From NCBI RefSeq assembly GCF_004010195.1, contig NC_057717.1, forward strand, positions 105,870,177-105,912,242: a DNA stretch of 42,066 nt, written 5' to 3'. A program made the position numbers and the translations under genes. Shown piece after piece: positions 12,797 through 24,047 of the stretch. Source of the stretch: Chiloscyllium plagiosum. Lineage: Eukaryota. Position 1 is the stretch's first letter. The number at the start of each line of letters is the position of its first letter. The notes below the pieces were generated by a model, which was given only the letters and a program-made list of their open reading frames with translations, was not told the origin of the DNA and ran no database searches.

Positions 12797-13105
12797 TGTG
12801 GGGAGTCCAGAACTAGAGGGCATAAGTTTAGGGTGAGAGGGAAAAGATATAAAAGAGACATAAGGGGCACCCTTTTTCACATTGAGGGTGGTACGTGTCT
12901 GGAATGAGCTGCCAGAGGAATTGGTGGAGGCTGGTACAATTGCAACATTTTAAGAGGCATTTGGATCGGTATATGAATAGGAAGGGTTTGGAGGGATATG
13001 GGCCGGGTGCTGACAGGTGGGACTGGATTGGGTTGGGATATCTAATCAGCATGGACGGGTTGGACTGAAGGGTTTGTGTCTGTGCTGTACATCTCTATGA
13101 CTCTA
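12797..13105 (+). mobile_element. CR1 LINE 3' end (same subfamily as 4431-4860, opposite orientation)
   Basis: Its reverse complement aligns by eye with 4434-4739; CTCTATGACTCTA tail. Confidence 0.9.
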
Positions 13106-13140
13106 AGTGTGTGGAGTTGAAATAATAAGTAAAAGAAGAA

Positions 13141-13290
13141 GTTGGCCATGCTAACTTGCCCATAGTGCTAGGTGCATTAGTCAGAGGGAAGTGGGTCTGG
13201 GTGGGTTGCTGTTCGGAGGGTTGGTGTGGATTGGTCGGGCTGAAGGGCCTGTTTCCACACTGTAGGGAATCTAATGTAATATCTAATGTA
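13141..13290 (+). mobile_element. HE1-type SINE 3' fragment
   Basis: TTGGCCATGCTAACTTGCCC...GGGTCTGGGTGGG...GAAGGGCCTGTTTCCACACTGTAGGGAATCTAAT matches the tail of the element at 1-258. Confidence 0.75.
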
Positions 13291-14500
13291 AAGTTGGAGA
13301 AGTGAGTGGGACTGAAATTTGATAAATCCTCAGAATCTGGTTACCTTAACCCCAGAATGTAGAAAGCAATTGATACAAATGGTCATCACCCCTCAAACTT
13401 CTACTAAGACTGCAAACAGTAAATGTAACCTCACTGTTTTAAGAAAGGAGGGAGAGCGAAAAGGAAGAAATACAGACCTGGAGTCTGACCTCAGTGGTAG
13501 AGGAAATGCTCATCCGTTACAAAGGATGTGGCTACTGGATGTTTAGAAAATAATTGTTTCACTGGACAGAGTCCAATTGGATTTACGAAGGGCAGCTCAT
13601 GTATGACAAACCTGAGAGTTTTTTTTTTGAACAGGTTATTAAATAAAATTGAAGTCCACGAGATTGTGGGAAATATACCAGTATGGATTAAGGATTGGTG
13701 AATGGGCAGAAAGGATTGTGTCAGAATTGGTGGGTCGTTATCAGATTGCCAGACTGTGACAGTGGGGTACCACAAGAATCCGTGCTAATGCCCCAGTTGT
13801 TCACAATCTAGATCAGTGGTATGTACACAGGGACTGTTTTGGAAGATTTGAGTTTGCAGATAATACAGGGCTTGGTGGGGATGAGAATTGTGAAAAGGAT
13901 CCAAAAGAGCCTTCAAGAGCATTTGAACAAGCTGAAGGTGTGGGCAAGAGCCTCTGAGATGGAAGAAAATATGATTAATGTGAGGTTGTGTATTATGGCA
14001 GATGCAAAATCTGTCTTGTACGGTGAGCAATGGGCAACTGTTGATGTCTAGTGGGACCTGATGTTGCTGTACATGTGTCATGGAAAGTTGCCATGCAGCT
14101 GCAGCAAGCAATTTGGAAGGTGGACAGTCAGTTAGCTTTATCATGAGAGGAAAACAAAAAAAATCCAACAAAATTCAATGGTATAGTTCTAAGGAAGGAT
14201 TGTTTGCCAGCAAGGGAGTGCAGCAGATGTTCACAAGAATACTTTCTGGATAATGGGTCTGTCCTATGGTGAGATTTAGAAGAATCCAAGGCAGTCTCAT
14301 AGAAACTGAGAAAATACTTAAAGGGACAGACAGAGTGAATGTTTTTGTCTGAGGGGTCTAGAATGAAGGGATACAATCCCAGAATGAAAGGTAAACCATT
14401 TCAGACTCCGATGAGGAGGAATCTCTCAGTCCGTGTTGAAACTTTGGAATTCTTGACCAGAGGGTTGAAGAGGCTCAGATGTAATTGATAGATTTCTAGT
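13290..14500 (+). mobile_element. Old, degraded CR1 RT fragment
   Basis: Remnants such as TGGATTTACGAAGGGCAGCTCATGTATGACAAACCT (GFTKGSSCMTNL) and AGTGGGGTACCACAAG (SGVPQ); heavily frameshifted. Confidence 0.7.
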
Positions 14501-14782
14501 TGCTGGATTGAGAACATGCCTTTTGGTTTATTCAGTGGGGCTTTGTGGTTGAAAAGGTCCCTTGTCTTTAAATCCTTTCATGTATTGATAGGATTCTTGC
14601 TTTCAGATTTCATTGGATGTTAACCCACCCTTTTGGGCCTATTTACTAAGGTGGCTTTCTTCCCTGGCACTACGGAATTGAATAGCTTTTACTATTCTTA
14701 CTCTGTTTATCTACTCAAGTAATGACTGACCTCTCATTTTCTACTGCATTCCCCTTTCCCCTCTATATCTGTTGTGTCCTAG

Positions 14783-14869
14783 AATGCTTTGCTTGGGAAT
14801 CCAGTTTTTCTGCAGAATCTGGTTCGGACCCAGCTGATGCAAAATAAGGAGAACCAGGCATTCCTCAAT
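14783..14869 (+). CDS. RAVER1: RAVER1 window-exon 6/15, 87-nt phase 0-0 cassette exon
   Basis: Branch-like CTGAC (14726-14730), long pyrimidine tract, cctag|AAT...AAT|gtaagt; open and in frame: NALLGNPVFLQNLVRTQLMQNKENQAFLN, leading into KPGILG. Confidence 0.8.
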
Positions 14870-15831
14870 GTAAGTCTACAACAAGTAGATTATCATGCTA
14901 GAGTTTGACTCCATCGTGTTGACAGACAGCACATACTAATCACAGTGATACAACTGCATCATTTTTGTTTTTTGGATGAAGTGGACACAGATCAATTGGT
15001 TTATTTGTTGCGATAATTAAAGTTCTAGATGTGAAGGGTGAATATTCCTGTGGTTGGGATTGGGCCCACTGGTCCTGGGGTCTGCAGTGGGTGTGAGTTA
15101 CCATATTCCATTATGCACTTAAACCCACTCCCCCTTTCACAGGGGAAATGAAATCTTTCCAATGTTGATTCACAGTTGCATGATTTACATATTGTCATTC
15201 ATAATTTTTAAAAGACGCAATTTATTAGTGTCTTTCACATGGTTCTATTGCATTATAACAAGTGCCTAGCAAATGAATTAATTTGATTTCTGCCTCTCAT
15301 TTTAATTTTGCTCTGCTTTTATCTGTTCCTCCCTGCACTTGGATCGATTGATCCTGTTTCATGTTGTGGGGCAGTTTATTCACACTCAACAAGGACATCC
15401 AGGCTCTGATTCAAAGGTTACCTCAATCATGTAAAACTGATGTTTCATGAAGTGTGGCCTTTCCTACAAGGGACTAGTGGTGTTATTGTACCCACTGCCA
15501 TGTTTTACACAGACAACCGTCAGGTTCTCTACGTTCTCAATAATTCTGATCCTCTGGAGCTTTGCCCTACTTTGCCATGACTCACTTCAGTTTCCCAACA
15601 CCAAATTGTTCCATCCCCAATAGAGCAGTGTTGGAACCAGTGCTCGTTAGCACAATGGTGGTGTTTTACAAATTAAACTCCTCTGTCATTTTTCCTTTTG
15701 CTTATCCATGCATTTTAATACCTTGTACCCTTGGTCTTTGTTAATATCCACCACACCAGCAGCTTTGTAGAAGTGGAATTCCGTTTTAAAAATGCGGTAC
15801 AAATCAAAAGAACGGCAGCTGCGGTAACTCC

Positions 15832-16005
15832 GAAACAAAACCAGAAGTTGCTGGAAAAGCTCAGCAGATGTGGCAGCATCTGTGGAGACAGGTCGGAATT
15901 AACGTTTCACGGTTGGGTCACTCAACCCAAAACTTTAATTCTGATCTCTCTGCACAGATGCTGCCACATCTGCTGAGCTTTTCCAGCAACTTCTGGTTTT
16001 GTTTC
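15832..16005. mobile_element. Palindromic short element (Penelope-terminus-like)
   Basis: Perfect 53-bp inverted arms 15832-15884/15953-16005; the interior is also partly self-complementary. Confidence 0.8.
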
Positions 16006-16399
16006 TGTTGTTTAAAAAGTGAGCTGTTAACAGTGAAGCTTCCATCTGGTACAATGAACTGTAAATCAGTAGCTGCTTACATATTGCTCTGATTTCAGTT
16101 CACATTCTGAGGATATGGCCTAGTGTCTATATCCAGAGCTAAATCCTTCTCAGTGAACAGACAATGTGAAGGGATTCCCACAGTAATGACCATGTGAACA
16201 GCCTAATCAGGGATTTTACTATTAATGTAATTTCAACAGGTGGGGATGTTGGGTGAACAAACCTTTGCTCTCACATAAAGTAAAAGTTTGGAGCAGCAGT
16301 TAATATAATGGTCCAAAAAAAAGGAAGACCTTTTGCTGGAGGTGGAAGGGAAGACCGATTTGAGGTTACAAGAAAGGGGTTTGATATGTTAGATGTACG

Positions 16400-16564
16400 A
16401 GGTAAAAACAATGACTGCAGATGCTGGAAACCAGATTCTGGATTAGTGGTGCTGGAAGAGCACAGCAGTTCAGGCAGCATCCAAGGAGCTTCGAAATCGA
16501 CAAAAGCCCTTCATCAGGATGCTGCCTGAACTGCTGTGCTCTTCCAGCACCACTAATCCAGAAT
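16400..16564. mobile_element. Palindromic Penelope-like short element with apparent target-site duplication
   Basis: Perfect 48-bp arms 16435-16482/16517-16564; flanking direct repeat ATATGTTAGATGTACG at 16384-16399 and 16563-16578. Confidence 0.8.
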
Positions 16565-16584
16565 ATGTTAGATGTACGTTAGGC

Positions 16585-17333
16585 CTATTCCTTGGATGGT
16601 AAATTGCAGCATGCAGCTATGCAGAGGGACATGGGTGTCCTTGTGCATGAATCACAGAAGGTTGGTCTGCAGGTACAACAGGTAATTAGGAAAGCAAATG
16701 GAATGTTGTCCTTCGCTGCTAAAGGGGTTAAGTTTAAAAGCAGGGAGGTTATGTTGCAACTGTACAAGGTGCTGGTGAGGTCACACCTGGAGTACTGTGT
16801 GCAGTTTTGGTCTCCTTACTTGAGGAAAGGATGGACTGGCACCAGAGGGGGTGCAGAGGAGGCTCACTCGGTTGATTCCGGAGTTGAGGGGTTTGGTTTA
16901 TGAGGAGAGACTGAGCAGACTGGGATTGTATTCATTGGAATGAGGGGGGAGCTTATAGAAACCTGAAATTATGAAGGGAATGGATAAGATAGAAGTAGAG
17001 AGGATATTTCCACTGGCAGGTGTAACTAGGGCAAAACGGCATAACCTCAAAATTAGGAGGGAGCAAATCTAGGACTGAATTACGGAGGAACTTCTTCACC
17101 CGGAGGGTTGTGAAGCTGTGGAATTCCCTGCCCATTGAAGTAGTTGAGGCTTCCTCAGTAAATGTTTTTAGAGCTAAGATAGATAACGTTTCAAACAATG
17201 AAGGAATGAAGGGTTATGGTGAGAGTAGGTGGAGCTGAGGCCATGAAAGGATCAGCTGTGATCGTATTGAATGGCAGAGCAGGCTGGGAGGGCCAGGCAC
17301 TCCACTCCTGCTCTTCGTTCTGAGCTTCTTATG
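16585..17333 (+). mobile_element. CR1 LINE 3' portion
   Basis: QRDMGVLVHESQKV...LYKVLVRSHLEYCVQFWSPYLRK followed by a CR1 3'-UTR. Confidence 0.9.
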
Positions 17334-17499
17334 CACGAAATGAGGAGATTGCTGGGTTATATATTTGCATTGTATTCAATAATTAACATAGCAGTGCATT
17401 CAGTCTGAATCCCTCGGCCTTCAATATCCTGGTAACCAACATTTAATTGAATAATTCACGTCAAAATATAACTCCAGCATTGTCTGTATGTATTTTCAG

Positions 17500-17608
17500 A
17501 AACCTGGCATTCTGGGTGAATCTCCTCTTGCAACTTTGCAACCAAACCCAGTTGGACTCGGAGCCCCTCCACAGCGGGGAAAGGGACTTCTTGGGGAATC
17601 ACCCACAG
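17500..17608 (+). CDS. RAVER1: RAVER1 window-exon 7/15, 109 nt
   Basis: ttttcag|AAA...ACAG|gtatgt; KPGILGESPLATLQPNPVGLGAPPQRGKGLLGESPT (recalled human KPGILGDSPLGALQP). Confidence 0.95.
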
Positions 17609-18247
17609 GTATGTATAAATCACATGCAGGAGCCCCTCCCCTTACTCCCATATTGCACTTACAGACCCCTTTCTTAGCTGTTGTCATCTAAATCATGTTC
17701 TGGACAAATCCAAAGTGAATGTTTAAATAAACTCTCCCTCCCCTCTCCCCCTCCCCCTCTGTGTCTGAACTGACCAGTTACTTTCTCATTGGCTGCTACT
17801 AATGCAGTCTGAAATTGAGATCCTGATTTGGTGAGTTCAATTCAACTAATGTGCTAGTCCAAGGGGCCCAGTGTCTGGTTGTCTGTCTCCAAGTAGTCGC
17901 TCTGGTTATTGGAGTTGTTCCAGTGGGGCTCTCCTTGCCTTGCTGAGCAATAACATTGTGTCGTTATCACCTGCAGCAGTGCAGGAAGGGGACCCTCTGC
18001 TGCGGCCCTGCCAAGCCAGACTAAGTGCAGCTCTCCAAACAAGAAGCAAGGAGATGTCAGGCCCTGAGGCCATGGGCCAGTCTGAATGGGAGAGAAGATA
18101 TAGAGGACTTCATCAGCTTCAGAGGATTGGCTGGCAACATAGAGCTTGTGAGCTCATTTCGGGGAAGATAATTTGGCTCAGAGGTTTCCATTCAGCTTGA
18201 CTTTAATTAACCGATCTTCTCAATGTGAGTATTTGTGCCACTTACAG

Positions 18248-18519
18248 GACTGAATTCTGAGAGAGCACAAGCACGGATGAAGCTGCCTATGGTGCCAATG
18301 GGGACAATGCAATCGCAGCAGTATCTTGGACAAATGCCAGCAGACATGCAGGGAATGCTGGAGAATCCATCCCATTCCCGACAAGTTGTCTCTCCTCCAG
18401 TCACTCCAGCTCCTTTGCAAGGAATCCCTACGTCCATCCTGGGCTCTGTGCTCAGTGACCTGAAGAAACAGAGGAAACAAAACATGGTGCAGTTGGAGAC
18501 TGGCTCAGCCACGTCAGGG
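18248..18519 (+). CDS. RAVER1: RAVER1 window-exon 8/15 (Pro/Gln/Met-rich), 272 nt
   Basis: cttacag|GACTG...TCAGGG|gtaaga; open frame whose phase (1 to 0) fits the neighbours; sequence diverged from mammalian Raver1. Confidence 0.88.
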
Positions 18520-18644
18520 GTAAGAAGCTTGAAATGCCTTTGAAGGATTGCAGTGGGTTTTCTGTATCCTTTTGTAGCTAATTGTTTCATTTGTTTATGT
18601 GTGTTATTTAAAAATACTTTTGCAAGGTCAGGTGTGAGTGAATC

Positions 18645-18930
18645 ATTGAATCACTACAGCATGGAACAGGTCATTCTCTATAGCTAACCCACCTTAGCTT
18701 GCACAGGTCATTCTCTATAGCTAACCCACCTTAGCTTGCACATCCCTGTACACACTGGGCATTGGGAATGGCCAATCCACCCTAACCTGCACATCTTAGG
18801 ACTGTGGGAGGAAGGCATGGAGAGGCTGTGCAAACTCCACACAGACAGACAGTTGCTGAAGGTGGAATCGACCCTGGATCCCTGGTGCTATCAGGCAGCA
18901 GTGGTAACCACTGAGCCACCATGTCACCCT
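18645..18930 (-). mobile_element. HE1-type SINE (antisense) with an internal 37-bp tandem duplication
   Basis: GGCCAATCCACCTAACCTGCACATC...TGCAAACTCCACACAGACA...AACCACTGAGCCACC; a perfect 37-nt unit occurs at 18666-18702 and 18703-18739. Confidence 0.8.
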
Positions 18931-20067
18931 AAAGTCAAGATCGAATAAATATTTTGAGTACTTTTCTTTCAATAAAGCATACAATGCTCAACAGCAATTT
19001 CTTGTATTTGTTAAAGATGAGTGTAACAGAAAATGGGGAAATGAAGTGGAAGGGGAGAGTTTGGATTGAGAGTATTGACTGGGATCCCAGCAATTTAAAA
19101 GTATGCTCCTTCTTCTGTAATCTCCTTCTGTCCATTTTTCATCGCCTGAAACAACTATGGTCAAGTTCGGTTTGTCTTCCAGTGTTCTGTTCACAGTGCA
19201 CCATTGGGAACTCTGCTTGATTGGAGCATCAATATTCAAAGTTGCGCATCAACAAGTGAGAGATTGCAAAGGGAGTGTCTGTGCTTCGACAGCACTGATC
19301 TCCAGATTGAACATTGCTTACTTGGCAACTTTCACTCTTAATAAAGTTTGAGAAAAGAGTCTTGCTCTGAAATACAATGGGTGGCATTAGACCTTATCAA
19401 AAGTTACTTGGACTAATAAATTGAATCATGACAAGACTGAACCTGAGTGAACTTGTCCACCAAGCCACCTACACAACGTCAATTACAGAATTTGTTTCTG
19501 GGCAGCAGTGAGCTTCTGTCCGTTTGTATGCTGAAGCCTCTGGTTATGTAGATCACCAGGCTCCCTTTGTCTCATAAGCACAGGCACGAGCTGCTTGAGA
19601 TCAATGGAGAAATGTTGACTTCTCTAGTAGGCGGATGTAACTGTAACACTATTGGCCTGATGTGGGTGTGTTCCCTCTTCCTGTAAGTGTCTTCTCAATG
19701 TTTTCAGCAATAGGCATGGTGTGTGGTGGACAGTTAGCAGGGCTGTATCCATTTAACAGCTCCGGTTAATGTGAAGTAGACTGTGCTGACCAGCTCAGTG
19801 GTAATTAGAGAATTTACAACATTCTGGAAGCATCTAAAATGAAGAGTGTCACTCCTCCTGATCTCTTCTATTGGACAGTACAGCACCCTGGTGGGGTCAG
19901 ATAAAATGCTTCTCTTATTGATGGAGAACAGATTTGTGTGTCAGGCAGTGCATTGAAAGGCGGTTTTGGAGTACCCCATGGAATTGGGACAATGCAGAAA
20001 GTTCATGGTGAGAACAGTAAGGGCAGTCTGCCCTGTAAATAATGCACTGCCACATTTTATGTTGCAG

Positions 20068-20158
20068 CCATCTCTCTTAGGGGAACCACCAAAAGATTTC
20101 AGGGTGCCTCAGAATCCATATCTCAATCTGCGAAGTGTCTTCCCTACTAACGTTTCAG
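20068..20158 (+). CDS. RAVER1: RAVER1 window-exon 9/15 (SLLGEPP PTB-binding motif), 91 nt
   Basis: gttgcag|CCA...TCAG|gtaagg; [26 protein letters not shown]. Confidence 0.97.
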
Positions 20159-21225
20159 GTAAGGAGTGGTCTGGAGCTTGCAGTTGAAGATTAAAGATAA
20201 GTGGGTGACATAATCATTGGTACTCTGTGTATTTGTTCACCTGTAGAATGCCAGAATCATTATGAAGTGATGAATTGTATTTATTTTGGGTTTAAACTGC
20301 CTTGCCCCCACACTCCCCAGTTCAGCGGGTGATTTCTGACCCCAGTCTTGGCCGATGTTTATCCTCATCGCTGCTGTGCAGCAAGACCGAAAGATCCGAA
20401 TTGGTGTTTGATCTCCCTCTTGGTCCTCACCTGAGCTCTGCCTCTGAAGGAGGAACGAGGGGAACAAGATGGTGAATTGTCCAGACTCCCTTTTCATGTC
20501 CTGACCAATTTCCAGCCTGTTCTTTTCACAGCAGCACCAAGCCTCCCGAGACACTCTGTTGACATTGTACAGAGAAGCTTCACTTCTCCCGCAGAGATGG
20601 TAATGGAGCTGCCTGGTGTGAAGAACTGTGGGTTAGAAGAATTCAAACCAAAACAAAATACATATTGAGTAATACTGCTGCCTGTTATCATTGTCACTTC
20701 CTGCACTGTTTGTCTTGGGGATTTGAATACCTGGTTAGTATTTACAAACTGTGCATAGAGACAGTGGGAATGACAGTAGTGTGCTTTGTGATGCAGTGTG
20801 TATTTACGTATCAAAGAGTTGTGCACTCTGCACATGAGTTTCCTTTCATCATTATTTTTGCAAGTTTGTACTCTGCTTTTTCTGTTTTGATCCTGTTAAT
20901 AAGAAATAATATGACATTTAATGTGAGGAACTGACTAAAAGACAAGCAGTATTAAAAATAAGTTTCTAAATATATTGAACAGGTATGTGACCTCTGTATG
21001 GCGAGCGCACAGTTCTGGGGTCTCGGCTAATAAACTTGGAAAAGCCAACACGTAGTCTACTTGGAGAGCAGTGAGCTGTCTCATGGGGTGGTATCATTCT
21101 AGCACTTGTGTGTTTTTTGCTTTCTCGCGCTCTCCATCCCTCTCTTGCACACTACACTCCATCCACCCCCCCAAAAAAACTATGGTAGTTATGTGTTTCA
21201 AGGAGAACGAGCAGTTCTTGTTTTA

Positions 21226-21585
21226 CAAAAACAAGAACATAGAGCAGTACAGCATAGGAACAGGCTGCTTATCCCACCATGATGCCATTCTAAACTAGTC
21301 CCACCTGCCTGGTTTGTGTATCTCTATTCCCTGTTTACTCATGTCTGTCTAAATGCCTCTTTAACATTGCTATCATATCTGCTTTGACCGCCTCTCCTGG
21401 TAACATATTCCAGATGACTACCACCCTCTGTACAAAGCTTGCCTCGTATATCTCTTTTAAACTTTTCCCGTCTCATCTTAAAGCTATGCCACCTATGATT
21501 TGGCATTCCACCCTGGGGAAAATCCTCTCTCTACTCTTTCCAGGTTCTCATAATTTAATTTACTTCTGTCAGGTTGCCACTTGGC
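21226..21585 (-). mobile_element. CR1 LINE 3' fragment (antisense, degenerate)
   Basis: AGAACATAGAGCAGTACAGCATAGGAACAGG tail plus AAATGCCTCTTTAAC...CACCCTCTG similarity to other CR1 ends in the window. Confidence 0.75.
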
Positions 21586-21739
21586 CCTATGGCAATAATA
21601 ATTGAAGTTTATACGTGGTGCCTTAAGTATCCATGTCGGAGCTTTTAACACAGTGACAACGCACAGTGTTCTCAGGCTGTGCAGTGTGATTGGTGTTCTC
21701 GGACTGTGGAGCGCGATTAATGCTTTTTTTGTCTGACAG

Positions 21740-21927
21740 GCAATACTAACAACTCAATGTCCTATGGCCATGGTACTGGTCTCCTGGGAAACTACCCCAG
21801 CTCTGGCTCCAGAGGTCACCTGGGATCCAGCATCAGTGACTATCCAGAGTCTGGAAGCAGCCAGCTGAGTTATGGGAGTTATGAAAGCTATGATAATTAT
21901 AGCCACTCTTACAGAGACTATGAGCAG
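21740..21927 (+). CDS. RAVER1: RAVER1 window-exon 10/15 (Ser/Tyr/Gly-rich), 188 nt
   Basis: ctgacag|GCAAT...GAGCAG|gtacgt; GNTNNSMSYGHGTGLLGNYPSSGSRG...SYGSYESYDNYSHSYRDYEQ; phase 1 to 0 fits. Confidence 0.9.
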
Positions 21928-22958
21928 GTACGTTTTGGATATATTGTCTGTGAGCAGATGGGAACTGCTGAATGGGTTCGATCCTATAGATAGCCCTCCT
22001 GCCAAATTCCTTTCACCATAACATTGGAAATTAATGGTAGTCTTTGTAGCAGATAAACGCTTGATGCAGTGTCTGCCAGCAATCATTCCTATTCCATGTT
22101 GTTTCCTGCAAGACTCCACAGAGGAGTCTGCTTATTTCGTGCTATTTCTAATAAACTGCCTGGAAGGGCATGAGAGGGAGGAAGTGCCGATCTTTAATAC
22201 AAAGTACATGTACCTGAATAAGAATGAAGCCTAACATAAAAGGTTATAGTCCAGATGCTGGAAAGTGAGATCAGTTTCGATCGTTCGGCACAGACCTGAT
22301 GGACCAAAGAGCCCCCTCTATGCTGTACCACTCGATTACTCTGAAGGCTAGTTAGATCATATTAGATTGCAAGGCACTGAGTGTAATGGGATTGGGGAAA
22401 TTGGTCACCTCTATTCTACTAATATTGTAGAAAAGGCCATGTCTTTGCATGAAAATAAAACTGGAATTAACTAACTCATTACCAAAATGTACATCGTCTG
22501 AGGGTTTTCTGATGTGTTGGACTATCTCTGACGGTAAACCATTGTCAGTGTCTGCTACTTTCAGTAGATGGAAGTGATTCTGTAGCACTATTTGAATGAA
22601 AACAGGCAAGTTCCTGTTAATAATTATCCCTCATATTGTATGGAACAGGTGAACTGCTTATTTTTTCTCTACTGTTTATGAGATCTAACTGCATATTTCC
22701 TGGTGCTTGCTGTACAGAGCTGAAACATCCAGGGTTTGACCGGTACTCCTTATTACAGTCCATTAGGTTGTACTGGGTGTTGGTTGGGTAGGGTTGGCTT
22801 GAGCACTATCTCTAATCCATGTCCATTACTGACCTTTATAATGGAGACTGAAAGAAGCAGACCGACCCAGACCTCAGCTAAAGATCAGTTGCCTCTGAAA
22901 GGACAAGAGAAAACTGACATTACATTTATAAGTTAATATTCTAATTTTATTTCATCAG

Positions 22959-23030
22959 GAAAGTGAAATGGAGCGCTACCCACTATCACGTAATCCTGGG
23001 CTTAGAGGGTACAGTCGTGACAGAAACGAG
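22959..23030 (+). CDS. RAVER1: RAVER1 window-exon 11/15, 72 nt (duplicate A)
   Basis: catcag|GAA...GAG|gtaaat; ESEMERYPLSRNPGLRGYSRDRNE; phase 0-0. Confidence 0.85.
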
Positions 23031-24047
23031 GTAAATCTTATCAAGGAAATGGAAGATTAGAAGTTGTTGGTGAAGGTAGCTATGTGGTTTGGGACTGTAG
23101 GTTCTCTGCATAGGATCCAGCCTCGAGTGCCTTCTTACTCCGTCTCCAGACTCAAGTTCCCTCTCTTCCACAGAGGCTGTAGGTAGGTATCTATTGTTGA
23201 TCTTAATACACTGGATTTGGGAGGGGCAATATCAGCCGGGGCTCATGCTCATCAGCCCCCTGCCTAAGGAGGGACTGGGCTTCACTTGGAGAATGCTATG
23301 AAGGTTAAACAGCTGTCAAGTTCCTTTTGGGAATTTCTTATATAAGGGTGACCAGCAGGTAACTGGAAGGTCATGGCAAAGCAAGACCATAACAAAGAAT
23401 TGTTTTGATGGTGAAATGAAGGTGCTAATTGAGGTTTGTCCCTGCCTAGGAAAGAGAGATGGAGCGATACTCGATGTCCCGTGATCCTGGCTATGGAGGA
23501 ATGGGGGGCTATGGCCATGATCAAAGTGAGGTAGGTTTCACAAAAAAAGTACTCGACTGGAATAGCATGTACTGACTGGTCCGTAACAGGCTCTTGGCTG
23601 GGAGCTAGGCCTGACCACATTCAGCTACACACCATTCTGGCTGTGAAGTATATACAGTCAGAATGGAACCATTCAGTGGTACTGCCTGTGAGTCTGTCAA
23701 ACTGCTAGTGTTCCCAGCCTGCACTCAGTTTGCTGATCTCTGCAAACCCACTGTCAACCTCCATTCACTGAGCCAGGAAGAATGAACGGTAGCACAGGGT
23801 GATCGCTGTTCACTGGCAACTGCTGTAAAACTGCACCTTTCAGTCCCTCGGCCTGTCTACACTTGGTTTCTGAAATGACCCAAGTCCCAAAGTGAAATCT
23901 GTCGCAGGGTGTCCCAGTCTCGAGCTGATTGATGCCTTTTACAGTAGAAGGTTGACAGCACAGATAGAGGCCACTTAGCCCATTGTGTTCACACCAGCGG
24001 AACCCTTCAAGAAAAATCTAAACTGACTCAGGGATTTATTTTGTCAG

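Noticed and set aside
18666..18742. 37-bp direct repeats as a CRISPR-like array
   Set aside because: Two adjacent copies with no spacer, inside a SINE in a vertebrate intron; a simple tandem duplication.
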